From: an uncultured bacterium
Lineage (GTDB): Bacteria; Hydrothermota; UBA3073; NMUJ01; CBEVQO01
DNA: 64,000 bases
Direction of reading: 5' to 3'
Assembly (NCBI GenBank): GCA_965552055.1
Contig: CBEVQO010000010.1
Location: 1-64,000 of the forward strand
In this document: positions 61,949 to 64,000 of the stretch, in pieces
Layout of the letters: the number at the start of each line of letters is the position of its first letter
Numbering within the stretch: the first letter of the stretch is position 1
Notes under the pieces: generated by a model
Database searches by the model: none
Told to the model about the DNA's origin: nothing
Seen by the model: the letters and a program-made list of their open reading frames with translations, nothing else
Position numbers and translations under genes: made by a program

Positions 61949-62468
61949 TTTCGATTAATTTTCTGCATTTATCACAAAAATTATAAGATTTTCTATCGGT
62001 ATCCCATATTGAATTTGAGAAAAACATAACACATTTTGGATTATTGCAATGATGAAGTCCAAAGCAATGCCCCAATTCATGCACACATTCTTTTAATGCC
62101 CTTACTTTGAAAAGAGAATCATCGGAATTTTCTCCATAAAATTCCGGATAGAGGCGTTTTAGAGCGACAACACAGTATCTTCCACCAATAGCCGATGCCA
62201 AGCCGAAAACAAAATTTAAATTAGGAACATAGAGGTCAAGGTCTGTTATACCAAGTATTTTATCGTAGTTGGATTTTCTAAAATTTAAAATTAAACTCTC
62301 AATGAATTTTTCTGCCATATATTGACCTCTTTGGGGATTATAGGAAGATTGAGGAATATCAATTTTTCTCTCGATTACAAGTTTTGGGTTGAAAATTTTT
62401 TCGAGATTTTGTTGAAGATAATCTAAAAGGGTAGAATCAACATCACCTATCGGAACTATTGCAATCAC
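61926..62468 (-). CDS. Archaemetzincin-family Zn metalloprotease
   Basis: HELGHCFGLHHCNNPKCVM...FCDKC. Confidence 0.9.
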   Translation of the reverse strand: MIAIVPIGDVDSTLLDYLQQNLEKIFNPKLVIERKIDIPQSSYNPQRGQYMAEKFIESLILNFRKSNYDKILGITDLDLYVPNLNFVFGLASAIGGRYCVVALKRLYPEFYGENSDDSLFKVRALKECVHELGHCFGLHHCNNPKCVMFFSNSIWDTDRKSYNFCDKCRKLIENEIKKQR

Positions 62469-62539
62469 ATAAATTTTAAGTGAAATGGGATATTGTCAAG
62501 TTATTACTTGACTTTTTCAAATAATAAATACAATATCCG

Positions 62540-62938
62540 ATGAACGAAGTCAGAAACAAATTGAAAAATTTAAAAAACTTATTTGAAGAAGCAAAAGAAT
62601 ATTTGAAAAATGGCAATGTAGTACAGGGATGCGAAAAGCTTTACAAAATAACGGAAGATTGTATAAAGTTATTGGCTGAGCATTTTGAGCTTGAAGAATT
62701 TAAAGAGGCGAAGAAAGAGGGAACATGGTGGAGCAAACTGCTTGCAAGGGCTTCACTTTCGCTTTCACAAAAATTAAATGAGATGAAAATACATTCTGCA
62801 TGGCTTGAAGCATTTGATTTGCATCGCCATGGCTTCCACGAAGAAATTTATACAAAAGAAGATGTGGAAAATAAAAAAGCAGTCCCTCTCATTGAATGGC
62901 TCTTAAACTATACAGAAGAAATTTTGAGAAATGGATAA
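62540..62938 (+). CDS. PaREP1-family (HEPN-like) protein, copy 1
   Basis: EEAKEYL..GNVVQGCEKLYK..E, AW..AFDLHRHGFHE. Confidence 0.8.
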   Translation: MNEVRNKLKNLKNLFEEAKEYLKNGNVVQGCEKLYKITEDCIKLLAEHFELEEFKEAKKEGTWWSKLLARASLSLSQKLNEMKIHSAWLEAFDLHRHGFHEEIYTKEDVENKKAVPLIEWLLNYTEEILRNG

Positions 62939-63609
62939 ACTTGTAACGATTTATACATCTGTTGATTCAAAGGAAAAAGCATTTGAGATAGCCAGAAAAT
63001 TACTCTGTGATAAATTATGTGCATGTGTAAATATTTTTCCTTTGCAATCTCTTTACTGGTGGGAAGGCAAAATCGAAGTCGCTGATGAATGCGGTATCTT
63101 CATAAAAACAAGGAAATCAATTTATAAGAAGACAGTAGAAAAACTTAAAGAAATCCATCCCTATTCTGTGCCAATGATAATAGTTTATGAAGCAGAGTTT
63201 GTGTTCGATAAATATATGGACTGGCTTATAAAAGAAACTTCAAATGAATAAATTAAAAAAACTTAAAAATTTATTAAAAGAAGCAAAGGAATATCTGAAA
63301 AATGGCAATGTAGTACAGGGATGCGAAAAGCTTTACAAAATAACGGAAGATTGTATAAAGTTATTGGCTGAGCATTTTGAGCTTGAAGAATTTAAAGAGG
63401 CGAAGAAAGAGGGAACATGGTGGAGCAAACTGCTTGCAAGGGCTTCACTTTCGCTTTCACAAAAATTAAATGAGATGAAAATACATTCTGCATGGCTTGA
63501 AGCATTTGATTTGCATCGCCATGGCTTCCACGAAGAAATTTATACAAAAGAAGATGTGGAAAATAAAAAAGCAGTCCCTCTCATTGAATGGCTCTTAAAC
63601 TATACAGAA
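62604..63609 (+). repeat. 314-bp direct repeat (62604-62917 and 63296-63609) flanking cutA
   Basis: No mismatch seen by eye; offset 692. Confidence 0.88.
62931..63251 (+). CDS. cutA: Divalent-cation tolerance protein CutA
   Basis: LCACVN, SLYWWEGKIE, IHPYSVP. Confidence 0.92.
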   Translation: MDKLVTIYTSVDSKEKAFEIARKLLCDKLCACVNIFPLQSLYWWEGKIEVADECGIFIKTRKSIYKKTVEKLKEIHPYSVPMIIVYEAEFVFDKYMDWLIKETSNE

Positions 63610-63630
63610 AAAATTTTGAAAAATAAATAA
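63244..63630 (+). CDS. PaREP1-family protein, copy 2
   Basis: Near-identical to 62540..62938. Confidence 0.8.
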   Translation: MNKLKKLKNLLKEAKEYLKNGNVVQGCEKLYKITEDCIKLLAEHFELEEFKEAKKEGTWWSKLLARASLSLSQKLNEMKIHSAWLEAFDLHRHGFHEEIYTKEDVENKKAVPLIEWLLNYTEKILKNK

Positions 63631-63720
63631 AAATTAGAAAGTGCTGAAAAATTTCTGGGTGGCGGTGGGATAAACAAAACTCACTTGACAAAAATAAAAA
63701 ATGAATTATAATAATTTACG

Positions 63721-63903
63721 ATGAAAGTGCTTTTTTACATAGGAATTTTGCTTATCATTGCAGGAGTATCGCTCTTTCTTTATCTTGTCTTTAGAAAACC
63801 AGAAAATGATTTACAATCCAAAATTTTAAAAGAACTAAAGGGAATGCGAAAAGATATGCATAGTGAACATCAAAAAATCATTCAATTGATAAAACAGGAG
63901 TGA
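63721..63903 (+). CDS. Small single-TM protein
   Basis: One TM helix plus short coiled coil; TTGACA-N16-TATAAT at 63685-63712. Confidence 0.6.
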   Translation: MKVLFYIGILLIIAGVSLFLYLVFRKPENDLQSKILKELKGMRKDMHSEHQKIIQLIKQE

Positions 63904-63905
63904 TT

Positions 63906-64000
63906 ATGACGCAAATAGAATCAGCCAAAAAGGGCATAATAACAGAAGAAATGAAGGAGATAGCCCGGCAAGAAGGCTTATCTCCCGAATTCATACGCGA
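63906..64000 (+). CDS. thiC: Phosphomethylpyrimidine synthase family, N-terminus only (runs off window)
   Basis: MTQIESAKKGIITEEMKEIARQEGLSPEFIR matches short-type ThiC N-termini; paralogs such as BzaA/B/F not excluded. Confidence 0.7.
   Translation, partial: MTQIESAKKGIITEEMKEIARQEGLSPEFIR

Noticed and set aside
8171..62513. tgtcaa...ttgaca inverted pairs as a repressor palindrome or IS ends
   Set aside because: Spacing between the halves varies widely; better explained as back-to-back -35 boxes of divergent promoters
62604..63609. Repeat pair as DGR template/variable regions
   Set aside because: No adenine-specific mismatches, both copies are intact genes, and there is no reverse transcriptase in the window

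Overview
AT-rich bacterial chromosomal segment, densely coded, with mixed housekeeping and accessory content. T9SS-type C-terminal sorting domains, a C25 peptidase and several archaeal-type families suggest an uncultured anaerobe of the FCB/WOR-3-like neighbourhood; this placement is inference only. Housekeeping genes include ftsK, uvrA, nrdD/nrdG, ahcY, metF, surE, pcm, split rfaE1/rfaE2, uppP, cutA, the start of thiC and five tRNAs (Met-CAT, Glu-CTC, Pro-CGG, Pro-GGG, Ala-GGC). Accessory content includes a tandem array of coiled-coil/PD-(D/E)XK genes, a PKD-propeller/caspase/DUF4384 operon, an MNT-HEPN toxin-antitoxin pair, a type II R-M pair, a nuclease-antitoxin chimera with a frameshifted vapC, a decaying membrane-glycosyltransferase cluster and duplicated PaREP1 genes. 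No integrase, transposase, reverse transcriptase, cas gene, CRISPR array or rRNA was seen. The most striking non-coding signal is that about 20 intergenic promoters on both strands read TTGAC(A/T)-N15-TAnnnT, a fixed 15-bp spacer instead of the canonical 17, and many sit directly on apparently leaderless start codons.
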